A stretch of 64,000 nt of DNA, taken from Octopus vulgaris (Eukaryota). Under the pieces are notes generated by a model, which saw only the letters and a list, made by a program, of their open reading frames with translations, searched no databases and was not told the DNA's origin. The position numbers were made by a program, and so were the translations under genes. The stretch is taken from contig OX597826.1 in NCBI GenBank assembly GCA_951406725.2, forward strand, positions 67,332,001 to 67,396,000, in the 5' to 3' direction. This document shows positions 44,436 through 56,898 of this stretch, one piece after another (position 1 is the stretch's first letter; each line of letters opens with the position of its first letter).

Positions 44436-44860
44436 TCCTTCCTTCCTTCCTTCCTTCCTCCCTACCAGTCTTCCTTCCTCCCTTCCCTCCTTCTTGCCCT
44501 CCTTCCTTCCTTCCTTTCTTCCTTCCTCCCTTCCCTCCTTCCCATTGCCTTCCTTCCTTCCTTCCTTCCTTTCTTCCTTCCTCCATTCCCTCCTCCCTTC
44601 CCTCCTTCCATCCTTCCTTCCTTCCTCCCTTCCTTCCCTCCTTCCTTCTTCCCTTCCTTTCTTCCTTCCTTCCCTCCTTCCTTCCTTCCTTCCTCCCTTC
44701 CTTCCTTCCTTCCTCCCTCTCCCCTCCTTCTTCTCCCCTTCCTTCCTTCCTTCCTTCTTTCCTTTCTCCCTTCCTTCCGTCCTAACTTCCTTCCTTCCTT
44801 CCTCTCTTCCTCTCCCCTTCCTTCCTTCTCTCGTTCCCTCCTTACCTCATTCCTTCCTCT
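44371..44860. repeat. Polypyrimidine (CTTT)n/(CCTT)n tract
   Basis: About 490 bp almost purine-free on the plus strand. Confidence 0.92.
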
Positions 44861-45350
44861 CCTTCCGTTTCCCCTCTTACAATCTGTTATTTATTCCTTC
44901 ACCAAAAATCCTAGCTCGCCCTCTCCCCACCCTTTAGCCCTTCCACTTTTTCTACCCCTTTCCCCCCCTCCTTACCAATCTATCCCCTCTCCCTCACCCG
45001 TACCTACCCATGCATTCCCTTGTCTTCTTTGCAAACACTCGGTTACACCTGTCGAAATTGTTTCGTAGTTACCGACATCGAAAATTTTAATTTAATTAAA
45101 TAATTAAATATCGAATTTAATTAATGGGTTCCTTAATTAAGTATCCCTACCCAGCCACCCCTTACCTCCTTCTTCTCCTCAATCTTTTTATTTATTGCTC
45201 CCCGTTCCTTATATTCAACACTCACGTACATATACACTCCCACAAGTACGTATATTTATATATATATATATAAACTTAAGGGAACACACACATATCCTTT
45301 GCACACGAATACACAGATCATACAAGCAAAATCACTGATACAAACACACC

Positions 45351-45410
<60 letters not shown>

Positions 45411-45489
45411 CTAGCTCAGGTACTCTGAATTGAAAAACAGAAATTGAACACAATCGGATACGCGTGCATATAACGTGCGACTAAGCGCG

Positions 45490-45759
45490 CACACATACAT
45501 ACATACATGCATACATACATACATACATACATACATACATACACGGATACATACATACAGACATGCATACATACATACATACATGCATACATACATACAG
45601 ACAGACATACATACAAACAAACATACATACATAGATACATGCATACATGCATACATACAGGCAGACATACATACAGACAAACAGTCAGATATACATATAT
45701 ATACATACTTACATGCATACATACATACATACAAACTATACATGCATGCATGCATGCAT

Positions 45760-45794
<35 letters not shown>

Positions 45795-45815
45795 TACAGA
45801 CAGACATACAGACAG
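45490..45815. repeat. (ACAT)n/(ACAG)n microsatellite
   Basis: Direct reading. Confidence 0.9.
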
Positions 45816-46191
45816 TCATACACAAAGATCCGCGCGCCCTGATACTTAGGCGCGAAAGCACATACACAACAGTATACTGATAGAAACACGTGCAAAAATA
45901 ATAAAAAAACAAGAAAAAACAGGAGGCGCATTTAGTCACACAGACCTACCGGAATACACGCACAGAAGAAAACAAACGAAGAGGACTGAGAGACAAATAC
46001 CCGAGTACACAAAGCTTTAGATACAAAAACAGAGAAACGCATACCCAGAAACATAGAGAGAGACAAAAACAAATACACATCGTCAAACGTACGCACAGAA
46101 GCCTAGTGACAAACACACACAATAAACACACACAAACACACACACACACACGAATTCCTCTACAGACACATCATGCTCATCTTTATATCTA

Positions 46192-46352
46192 ATAAAAATA
46201 AATGCACCCTTTTAAAACCTAGCCAGGCTCATGGGCCCGGGTTATGCGTTCCCCAGTTACTTATTTTTGCCAGCTGAAATAAAGTGTTTTACTCAAGAAC
46301 ACAACACGTCGCCCGGTCCAGGAATCGAAACCACAATCTTACGATCATGATG
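46192..46352 (-). mobile_element. 5'-truncated, internally deleted SINE type D with 13-bp TSD
   Basis: TSD atctttatatcta at 46179-46191 and 46353-46365. Confidence 0.85.
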
Positions 46353-46528
46353 ATCTTTATATCTAGTGATACTTAAATAGCCAGATTATGCTCGACTTTG
46401 AAATCACCAAAGGAGCCCATAGCTAGTTGATAGTCCTGCGGTAAAGAATGAAAAAATGGTATCCGAATTTCATTCAAATTTAGCTTAAAGCAGTTCTATA
46501 TTTAAGAAGTGAGGAATTATGTACATTA

Positions 46529-46952
46529 CTCTCTCTTTACTCTTTTACTTGTTTCAGTCATTTGACTGTGGCCATGATGGAGCACCGCCTTTAGTCGAGC
46601 AAATCGACCCTAGGGCTTATTCTTTGTAAGCCTCGTACTTATTCTATCGGTCACTTTGGCCGAACCGCTAAGTTACGGGGACGTAAACACACCATCATTG
46701 GTTGTCAAGCGATGTAGGGGGGACACACACAGACACACAAACATATACACACATACATGCATATATATATATACATACATACATATATACGACGGGCTTC
46801 TTTCAGTTTCCGTCTACCAAATCCACTCACAAGCCTTTGGTCGGCCAGAGGCTATAATAGAAGATACTTACCCAAGGTGCCACGCAGTGGGACTAAACCC
46901 AGAACCATGTGGTTCGTAAGCAAGCTAATTACCACACAGCCACTCCTACACC
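46529..46952 (-). mobile_element. SINE type A, full length
   Basis: Complete head and tail; TSD tacatta at 46522-46528 and 46953-46959. Confidence 0.92.
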
Positions 46953-47226
46953 TACATTATTTACATTGTTTGTATTTGACGGATATTCGTCAAATGTAAA
47001 TAATGTAAATAGTGTGAACTTAGAGCGTTATAGACGAAGAGTTGTGTAGGACCTTGCTGTCCTAGATATAATGGACGAGGAATTAATGGGATCACAACGA
47101 CTTTGAGTAGTTTGATCAGAGTTCAGAACAGGCATGGCCGTCTTGGAACAACACGAACTATAATACAGCAACTACAACATCGGCAGCAGCAACAACATCA
47201 TTATCAACAACAAAAACAACAACCTT

Positions 47227-47237
47227 TTGTGTGTGTG

Positions 47238-47290
<53 letters not shown>

Positions 47291-47671
47291 CAGACAGACA
47301 GACACACTGAGTGCACGTATCTGTACTTGGTTATGTGTGTGATCTCAAGCTACACTACACAGCTACCCAGGGTTTCGAAACCGAATGTAATCCTCGGATG
47401 ACCTAAGTTCGTTCTGAGATCTGCACGGTCAGAGGATATATATTGTGTTTGTGTGTGTGTGTGTGTGTGTGTTTGTGCGTGTGTGTATGTGTGTGTGTGT
47501 GTGAGAGAGAGAGAAAGACAGAGACAGACTGACAGACAGACACAGACTGCAGGTATCTGTACCTGGTTATGCGTGTGATCTCAGACTTCACTACACAGCT
47601 ACCCAGGGATTCGAAACCGAATCTAATCCTCGGATGATCTAAGTTCGTTCTGAGATCTCCTGCACGGTCAA
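47227..47671. repeat. Tandem duplication of a ~220-bp microsatellite-plus-structured unit
   Basis: Two diverged copies of gtatctgtac..gatctca..acccaggg..tcgaaaccgaat..gttctgagatc..tgcacggtca. Confidence 0.85.
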
Positions 47672-49031
47672 ATGATAAATTGCGGGAATATTGCGTTGGT
47701 TGCAGTTTTCGAGTCGACTCTATTTGTTTAACCATTTGGTACACTTCTTGCACTTCAACCTCTTACGTCTGACAAATTATTCCGGTTCGAATATTCTCGT
47801 AATTAGAGAGAAGATAAAAACTATTTTCATGACAACGCTTAGATATAAATTTCAATTTTTTTCTCTCTTTGGAATGTCTGTTGTTTTAGCTCACATTTCA
47901 AACTTTTTGCTCTCTAACGAGATTCCTTGTTTAATATATTTATGGCTGTGTGCTAAAATTGACCATCAAAATTTAAAATACTCTGTTTATGGTTCAGTAA
48001 CTTCACTGAGCTGCTCTATACTTTTTACTAGCGATGTTAAATTATTTAGCGCACTGTCGCTGCGCCAATCTCTTTCCAGCGATGTTAGCTGTTCAGAGTG
48101 AGATATATATTTTTCTTTATTTTGCAGCATATGCTCGATCAAGTACACTTATCCTAAATACTCTATTCTGACAGCAGCAAGCTGCTTGAATATGTCGTGT
48201 GTGAAATATGTCCTGTGTATATACAAGTGTATTCTATATTTTGGATTTGTGTTTTTGCAGTTTGTAGTCTTATATTTTATTTCATGTCCAGTTTACCTGC
48301 AATTTTGCGTTGTGCACCAAGACTCTGTGTAATTCTGTTAAATACAGTGGAAATGTGATCTGTCAGCACCATTTCATTGCAAGAACCTCAAACATTTTTT
48401 GTACATATGCAGCGTGCAGTTGCTAAAGTGCATCGCAACGTTCTTTTTTTTTTATGAGTTTCTTATCCTTCTTAACTTTATAACTTCGAATGCTGCGCCA
48501 AAGCTTCACATGACAAGGTATCTGCTTATTTCTCTTGTGTTTGTATATCTCTCTCGAAATGTTTGCCTACCTCTCTTCAAACAAGCACATACGAACATGC
48601 ATGCACGTATGCATAGAGACACAAGCACGCAAAGATATATACACATATGTAAAGACATAGGCCACGGCCATACACCACCTACGTATATATATATATTTGA
48701 GTGTGTTCGCCCCCCACCAACACATATATAAAAAATACTGTGTTTGCATCTAACTCGGTATATCGTGTATAATTCACGGTTTAGCAAACGCATTTCCGTA
48801 GAAAATGTACAAATGTTCTTCCTCACTGGCCAATCCAAAACGCTCTTATGAGCTGAAAGTTCTGGTTTTATACACGCAAGCAATAATGGAAAGTCAGAAC
48901 GAAATATATCATAACTAAATACATAGAAGCACGGTCCTCTACCAGAGATGAACAATAGAAATATTATTATTTATAAAAATGCATTTTAAAATCACGGTGC
49001 AGAAAGAAACCGTTTGTTCATTATATAATGC

Positions 49032-49077
<46 letters not shown>

Positions 49078-49079
<2 letters not shown>

Positions 49080-49235
49080 GGAAGCTTTATGAAAATAAAC
49101 AAAAGACGAAGGCAGGTGGAATATAAACAAACAATTGTATTAGTATGGCGCTCAGGAATATAAATAAAACAAGTCTTTTACGTTTCGAGCCTACGCTCTT
49201 CAACAGAAAGATACACAGAAAGAAACAAGGAGAGA
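49078..49235 (-). mobile_element. Short PLE-terminus-like element (HH1 family) with hammerhead-like motif at 49175-49210
   Basis: cttt-CTGTTGA-a-gagc(gtag)gctc-GAAA-cg-TA-aaag; the element ends in (TA)n and matches 53600-53752. Confidence 0.7.
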
Positions 49236-49302
49236 AAAAAATTGCGTGCAGAAGCTAGCGAATCAACATCATTATATATATATGTGTGTGTGTGTGTGTG
49301 TA

Positions 49303-49490
49303 AAGTTAATACACACAAGAAAGCACAAAAGAAACACAACAACGCGAGAACGTGTAACAAGTATAGTATTATTGGACGCTCAGGAAAGAAGGAAAGAAGG
49401 AGGGTTTAACGTTTCGAGCGGAGCTCTTCGTCGGAAACATAGGAGAAGGAAAGATCCAGAAAAGGGAAGACAGAGGAAAAAAAATCGCCA
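49303..49490 (-). mobile_element. Related short element (HH2) with hammerhead-like motif at 49404-49438
   Basis: gttt-CCGACGA-a-gagc(tcc)gctc-GAAA-cg-TT-aaac; shares downstream ttcctgagcg with HH1. Confidence 0.65.
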
Positions 49491-49653
49491 TATATTTGCA
49501 GTATTTCTTTGTGTAAATCTCAAGAAATATGATCACGTGTTGTCATCGTCATCGTCGTCATCGATGTCATCATGTCATCATGTATTGTCGCTTTTGTTTT
49601 GGCCTCATTCTTCCTCAGTCTGTTACTGGTTGAAATATATATATATATATATA

Positions 49654-49883
49654 CTTTCTTTACTACCCACAAGGGGCTAAACATAAAAGGGACAAACAAG
49701 GACAGACAAAGGGATTAAGTCGATTACAACGACCCCAGTGCGAAACTGGTACTTTATTTATCGACTCCGAAAGGATGAAAGGCAAAGTCGACCTCGGCGG
49801 AATTTGAACTCAGAACGTAACAACAGACGAAATACCGCTAAGCATTTCGCCCGGCGCGCTAACGTTTCTGCCGGCTCGCCGCT
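49654..49883 (-). mobile_element. SINE type B1, full length
   Basis: Matches 6321-6551; degenerate TSD tctgttact(gg/cg)..aatatatat at 49619 and 49887. Confidence 0.9.
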
Positions 49884-49913
49884 TTTTCTGTTACTCGATG
49901 GAATATATATATA

Positions 49914-50435
49914 CACCGGAAAAGGTAATGGACGAAAAGCGGAAGGTAAAAATCCTCTGGGGCTTTGATTTCCAGACAGACAAAGTGTTAGAGCACCGAA
50001 GGCCGGGTATAGTAACCCTTAGGAGGGAGAAATAAGAGTGCTTAATGATTGATATGGCAGTGCCAGGAGATCAACATATCATCATGAAAGAAAGAGAAAA
50101 GTTTGAATAAATATGGAGACCTGAGAATTGAGATTGCTAAGATTGACTGGAATGGTCGCGGAGTAAATGTGTGGACATCTGGAATACAAAGGAATCCTCC
50201 CACATGAGCAGAAGGGTTGCAAGCGTAAGTGCAGAGGTAACAAGGATCAACGCCTGATAGGCAGAAATGTACTTAGAGACTGCAAGAGGAGGAAAACTAA
50301 CTTAGCCATGTCATGGATCGATATGATACCACATTCTTGGATTATGGGATGTATGAACCACAGCACGTACCCAAGGCACACAGAACTGTGCTCGGTAGTG
50401 CAGTGAAAGCACGTAATAAAATTAAGACTACTGAA
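49914..50435 (+). mobile_element. Scrambled R4/Dong-like LINE fragments (RLE, then RT, then 3' UTR) ending in (AAT)n
   Basis: TPEKV..KILWGFDFQTDK..RRPGIV..IDMAVP..KYGDL; then [23 protein letters not shown]; then a 3' UTR matching 33772-33850. Confidence 0.85.
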
Positions 50436-50436
50436 A

Positions 50437-50471
<35 letters not shown>

Positions 50472-50502
50472 CAACAACAGCAACAACAACAACAACAACA
50501 AC

Positions 50503-50548
<46 letters not shown>

Positions 50549-50726
50549 TTAATATTAATAAAGTTATGCAATAAATAAAGAAAGTCGATAGATATAATAG
50601 GTTAGCTTGGGAATTTAAACAGTTGTGGCCGATGGAAAAGGCGATGGTATTACGAAAAATTGTCGGGGCGCCTTCAAAATTACTGGTGTTGTGTCAAAAT
50701 TAAAAATACTTATTGTTGATGTTGTT

Positions 50727-51050
50727 GCGTGGCACGTTGGGCAAGTGTTTTCTGCTATACCCTCGAGCCGACCAAAACCTTGTGAGTCGGTTTGGTTGAA
50801 GGAAATTGAAAGAAGCCCGTCATTTATATATGTGTGTATGTGAGTGTGTAAGTATTTGTGTGTCTCTGTTTGTATCCCCCTCACCATCACGTCAAAACCG
50901 ACATCGGTGTCTTACTTAGCGGTTCGGCAAAAAATACCGATAGAATAAGTACTAGGCTTACGAAGAATAATTCCTGGAGTCGATTTCTTCGACGAACGCC
51001 GATGCTCCAACATGGCCGCGGTCAAATGCCTGAAACAAGTAAAAGAGTAA
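50727..51050 (+). mobile_element. SINE type A, 5'-truncated
   Basis: gcgtggcacgttgggcaagtg...caagtaaaagag. Confidence 0.85.
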
Positions 51051-51344
51051 TACACACACACACACACATACATACATACAAACATACATACATACATACA
51101 CATGTGTACATACATTCACGCCCTCCCCATCGCCCACACATATCAAACAATACTCAGGGACTTTATTCCTCTGGAAATATAAAAGTGTTGATTCTGCATT
51201 GAAAACATAGCAATGCCTTGTGTTCCAGATTACATCACGTGTAATCCACCATTTTTTATCCACCATTTTGTTTTCATCAAATATAAATTTTTACCGTTTT
51301 TTAACGCCATTCACTGTTGTTTTATGAACATTTTTGTTGTTATC

Positions 51345-51359
51345 CTCCTCCTCCTCCTC

Positions 51360-51395
<36 letters not shown>

Positions 51396-51435
51396 ATTTT
51401 TATTATTATAATTTTTGTTATTATTATTATTATTA

Positions 51436-51466
<31 letters not shown>

Positions 51467-51506
51467 AATTTTTATTATTATAATTTTTAAAAAATTATTA
51501 TTATTA

Positions 51507-51555
<49 letters not shown>

Positions 51556-51587
51556 CATTATTATCATTATTATTATTATTATTATTA

Positions 51588-51645
<58 letters not shown>

Positions 51646-51665
51646 CATCATCATCATCATCATCG
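51345..51665. repeat. (ATT)n/(ATC)n microsatellite
   Basis: Direct reading. Confidence 0.92.
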
Positions 51666-52107
51666 TCAAGTCAAGCCGTAGTCCTGTCTGGTTCTATTCT
51701 TTGCTAAAACATTTTCAAACGTGTTTTTTCCTAAAACCCCATCTTTGTGTTGCTTCCTGCACATTGTACTGCCGCCATTGTATTCGAACCCTTGTGGCTA
51801 ATAAAAATTATACTTCATATCATTTTTACTATTATTATTATTATTGTTGTTGTTGCTAATTGTAACATTTGTTGTTATTATCATTATTAATATTTTCATA
51901 TTGTCTTGTACGCATCTATTGTCGTCACTATTATTCTTGTTATCAGTATTATTATTGTTATTGTCGATGTGGCTGCCATTGTTATCAATATTCTTCTTGT
52001 TATTACTGCCGTTGTTATTGTATTGCCGGATCTGTAGCGTTGTCTATTCGTTTTATATTTATTTTATGCAAGAGTGCATGTTTATCTCTGTCATGTGATA
52101 GAGTATG

Positions 52108-52166
<59 letters not shown>

Positions 52167-52762
52167 ATTAATACGTTTAAGTATACCTGCGTCTACCTGT
52201 GTCTTTTGTGCGTGTCTGTTAGATATTAGAGTAAACATACATAAACACACACACGAACGAACGCACACACAAACACATACGCAGAGAAATTGAATCCATA
52301 AGCGAATAAATTCTTCGCTGTACTATTAAGAATAATTCTATCATGCAATATAAATTAGCTCGGAAATTCAATAAAAGTGAACAATATCGAATTTAAAGCG
52401 ATAAATTAGCTGGAATTAGTTAAAACTGAGAGACACTTGAAAACAAAGTCTATTGGATGGAAAGAACACATATCTATAGTCAGAACCAACTTTCAACAGC
52501 AAAACCAACAGAAGCAGTAGCGGCAGCGGCAGCAGCAGTAACAACAGCAACAACAACAAAACAACGAGAATCACAAAATATTTGTAACAAATATGACAGC
52601 GAAAGAAAAAATAATTGAAACACCAACAACAATGATTTCAACTGTTAGCATTCAATCTCTGCACATGTTACTGTTGTAGTTATTAATTGCAGAACCATTG
52701 TTAATACCCAGTCTCCAAGCAACGCAATAAACGTTCTAGTGAGATATATATATATACATATA

Positions 52763-53595
52763 CTAGCAGCTAAGCCCGGTTTCACCCGGTCTGTTTGGAT
52801 GATGTGGCTGTGATCGTTTTCGGTTAGGCATAATCTATAACAGTGTTTCTCAACCCTATCATTTCGGGCCCCCTGTTTTGATTGGAACCTCCAGCTGTAT
52901 GACAATTTCCTGACTCCCAACCACCCTTGTCAGAAAACAGCTTCAGGAGTTGTGAAGAACGAATTTGTACGTAGTCTGTTTCTAAGAGCTATTCTATTGG
53001 ACCTCTGCGTAATCATTAAAACATTGATCAAATTATGAACATAGAAATAAATTATACATTAATCCCTATTTTTGTAAGCAGTTGTATCCGTAAAAATTTT
53101 ATTGGAAGAGAGCAGAAATTGAAAGAAGATATATGAAATGGACGTCTATGTGTGTGTGTGTCTGTGTGTGTGTATGTATGTGTGTGTGCGTGCGCATGTG
53201 AGAGAGAAAGAGGGTGAGAAAGAGAGTTAGGGAGGGTGAGTGAAGGTGTGTGTCGTGATGATCGAAGCATTTGTAAGTAGTAAGAGAGACAGTATAGCGA
53301 AAGTTTTAGCTGAGTTTCATCCTGTACTCCCCTTGTTGCTAGCGAAATGTTATATGCCGTCTGTGTGAGCCACTGATTGTTTTAATTCCAGGGGAATTCC
53401 ATTAGAAAAAAGTTTTAATCGATTTTCTCGGTAAGTATGGGGCCTAGGAAAAAATACAAATCTCATTCCAATCTAGGCACCCATCTCCACATGTGTTCCA
53501 TTTCTCACGCGAATCAACCCAGCCGTTTGGCTGTGAACCTCAAGACAAGAAAGAATACAACGATCACCCATGTCCAATTTATATTATATTATATT
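52763..53595 (-). mobile_element. Non-autonomous Helitron-like element (3' end clear, 5' end approximate)
   Basis: Minus-strand accgggtgaaaccggg hairpin and CTAG|T at 52763-52766; contains a Charlie-like cagtgtttctcaacc at 52841. Confidence 0.55.
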
Positions 53596-53599
53596 GTAT

Positions 53600-53748
53600 T
53601 CTCTCCTTGTTTCTTTCTGTGTTCCTTTCTGTGGAAGAGCGTAGGCTCGAAACGTAAAAAGACTTTTTCATTTCCTGAGCGTTATACTAATACATCTGTT
53701 GTTTTCCACACCACTTGTCTTCGTCTTTTGCTTTTTTTCGTGAATTCT

Positions 53749-53752
<4 letters not shown>
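53600..53752 (+). mobile_element. HH1-family short element with hammerhead-like motif at 53625-53661
   Basis: cttt-CTGTGGA-a-gagc(gtag)gctc-GAAA-cg-TA-aaaag; ends in (TA)n. Confidence 0.7.
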
Positions 53753-53798
<46 letters not shown>

Positions 53799-53799
53799 G

Positions 53800-54183
53800 T
53801 GGAGGCGCAATGGCCCAATGGTTAGGGCAGCGGACCCGCGGTCATAGGATCGCGGGTTCGATTCCCAGACCGGGCGTTGTGAGTGTTTATTGAGCGAAAA
53901 CACCTAAAGCTCCCCGCGGCTCCGGCAGGGGATGGTGGTGATCCCTGCTGTACTCTTTCACCACAACTTTCTCTCACTCTTACTTCCTGTTTCTGTTGTA
54001 CCTGTATTTCAAAGGGCCGGCCTTGTCACTCTCTGTGTCACGCTGAATATCCCCGAGAACTACGTTAAAGGTACACGTGTCTGTGGAGTGCTCAGCCACT
54101 TACACGTTAATTTCACGAGCAGGCAGTTCCGTTGATTCGGATCAACCGGAACCCTCGTCGTCGTAACCGACGGAGTGCTTCCA
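53800..54183 (+). mobile_element. SINE type C (tRNA-Arg-like head), full length
   Basis: ggaggcgcaatggcccaatggttagggcagcggac..gggttcgattccc (A and B boxes); nearly identical to 60876-61259. Confidence 0.92.
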
Positions 54184-54599
54184 TATATATATACACCCAC
54201 GACTTTGGGAAAAGGTGCACAAACAGTCGGTCCAAGTTTGTTTATATACATCGCGAATAGTCGACGATGTACAGACAAAATTTCTCGAAATATTAGGACA
54301 GGTATTTACGAATGGTTTACAAAGCTAAATCGACAATTACAGTGTTCGAAATTACAATATTAATAACAAAAGTTAGATGTTCTCAAGTTATGGTAAATAA
54401 GTGAAAAATACTTTGCAGTGACACGGAAACCTATTCTCTCATGCAATACTAATTGCCTTTATTAAAAGCTGGTGTCTATGCAACTGATAGAAACGACATG
54501 TTGTCCAAAGTCTGGCACCGACTATTGACGGTAGATATCTTGTTTCTCAGTAACAAGTCTTTGTTTTCGAACGTATCTCTGTGGTATATATACATACAT

Positions 54600-54668
<69 letters not shown>

Positions 54669-54694
54669 CGTATGAATGTATGTATATATGTATG

Positions 54695-54783
<89 letters not shown>

Positions 54784-54791
54784 GAAAGACT

Positions 54792-54828
<37 letters not shown>

Positions 54829-55094
54829 TAAAGAGTTATGAGAAAAGGATGGAAAGATTGCAAAATAATAACAGAGAATTTGTATGATTCATAAATGAAA
54901 GCAAAGCAACGGTACATTAGAAGGAAGATTATTAAGAATAGATATTTAGTAAGAGAGATGGAAACGGATAGAGAGAGGTATAAAAGAAACGGACAGACTG
55001 AAAGAAGAGCTTTGAAGAATTTATCCATTTTTAATACCTACTTACAATTCAAAGTCAAAAACGGGCATCTCGAGAATTTGCCAGCATTTGCTTG

Positions 55095-55420
55095 AAAATG
55101 TTTACACCTCATTGAGCTTGCTCATTTTTGAGTTCATAAGGAGCTTCCCACGACAGCATCTATTCGCAACTCCGAACTTATTATGGAGGTGTCAACTACT
55201 GGTGTTTTTTGAAGGACCAAATTACGCCGAGAATCCACGAGTGCTTGTGCTTGACCGTTGTTGAATCTTTTCTCGCAAGGCCTCATCTTCCGCAATAGAA
55301 CGTTTTCCAAAGCTCGGTTTGTTTCCGAGACTGGCGTCACATTCCTTGAAACGTCTGAACATGTTTTTCAGCCACACGATCCTCCACTGTTCCTGGGCCT
55401 TCCACTGCCCTTTCACTCAG
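55095..55420 (-). mobile_element. Mariner transposase N-terminal (HTH) pseudogene fragment
   Basis: MFRRFKECDASLGNKPSFGKRS..STRGFSA*FG..HLH..EAPYELKNEQ matches mariner WFxRFKxGDxSLEDxPRSGRP..STRELS..WVPHxL. Confidence 0.8.
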
Positions 55421-55704
55421 TATTCTTTTTTTCTACGGGTTTCGTAAAACGGGTCCATTTACAATTTTTTCACCACCTCTTATCAAAAGTGTAAAATGAA
55501 AAGAAATGAAGAATTAATGTTGATATGGTATATATGAAAAAAAAAAATTCAAACAAAAAAACAAAAACACCAAAAAAGAACAAGCAATTCAACAACGTTA
55601 AGACAGCAAGCTGTATCAAATTAATGGTGGAATATTGAGGCGCAAGTTGCCACATAGCAGCGATGGAAGTCCGAAAACACTTTGACACCACGTGGTATAA
55701 GTAT

Positions 55705-55779
55705 GCATGTATGTGTGTGTGTGTGTGTGTGTGTCTGTCTATCTATCTATCTATCCATCCATCCATCCATCCATCCATC

Positions 55780-55872
<93 letters not shown>

Positions 55873-55901
55873 CCTACCTACCTACCTACCTACCTACCTA
55901 C

Positions 55902-55960
<59 letters not shown>

Positions 55961-56148
55961 CACACACACATATACACATACATATATATATGAATGTATG
56001 TGTATACGCATGCCGTATGTGTATGTAGATCTATTTTATTGTGTTTCATATACATTAATACCTGCAGTATATGTACACACAAACACACACACATACATAC
56101 ATACATACATACATACATACATACACACACACATATATACATCCATAT

Positions 56149-56215
<67 letters not shown>

Positions 56216-56225
56216 GCATATATGT
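55705..56225. repeat. Compound (TG)/(ATCT)/(ACCT)/(ACAT)/(TA) microsatellite
   Basis: Direct reading. Confidence 0.92.
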
Positions 56226-56459
56226 TTCTCTACATAAGTATGTATGCACATATATATGTGTGAATGTGTATGCTTACATGTGCGTCTGTGAGTATGTGTA
56301 TACGTGTGTATATGGATGGCTGGGTATGCGATAGTAAGGATGCGTAAAGATATGTATTAACCCAGAATTCATTTGGTTTCGAAATGTTAGAGACTATACA
56401 AAGTACTCGTCGTTTTCTCCAATGGGATGTCCGGACTGGCATTTAGTCTGAAGCTAGAT

Positions 56460-56845
56460 CGACAACAACAACAATAACAACAGCAATGACTACGAGGACC
56501 GCATCCTCCCCATTACCTCCACCAGCCCGCCCATGACTACAAATACCACTACCACCACTGCTATTATCTCCACCACCATGATAATGACGACGGTGGTGCT
56601 GCTGCTTATGATGATGAGAATGACGATGGTGGCGACGTTGACCATCATCGCCAAGACCACCATCAACACCAACCAACATCAACATCACCACCTCCACCGC
56701 AGCTTCCACCGCTGTACCGACGCGACCACCAACACCAACCACCGCCACCATCTCCGCTGTCTCCGCCGTCTCCGCCGTCTCCGCCGCCGCCAACTCCACC
56801 GCTGCTACCTCCACCGCTGCTACCTCCACCGCCGCCATCGTCATT

Positions 56846-56898
<53 letters not shown>

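Noticed and set aside
47700-48950. Possible exon or transposase in a complex-sequence stretch
   Set aside because: I found no recognisable motif, it has frequent stops, and there is no supportable splice structure.
53800-53875. tRNA gene
   Set aside because: A and B boxes are present but there is no acceptor stem; it is the head of a multi-copy SINE whose other copy has a TSD.
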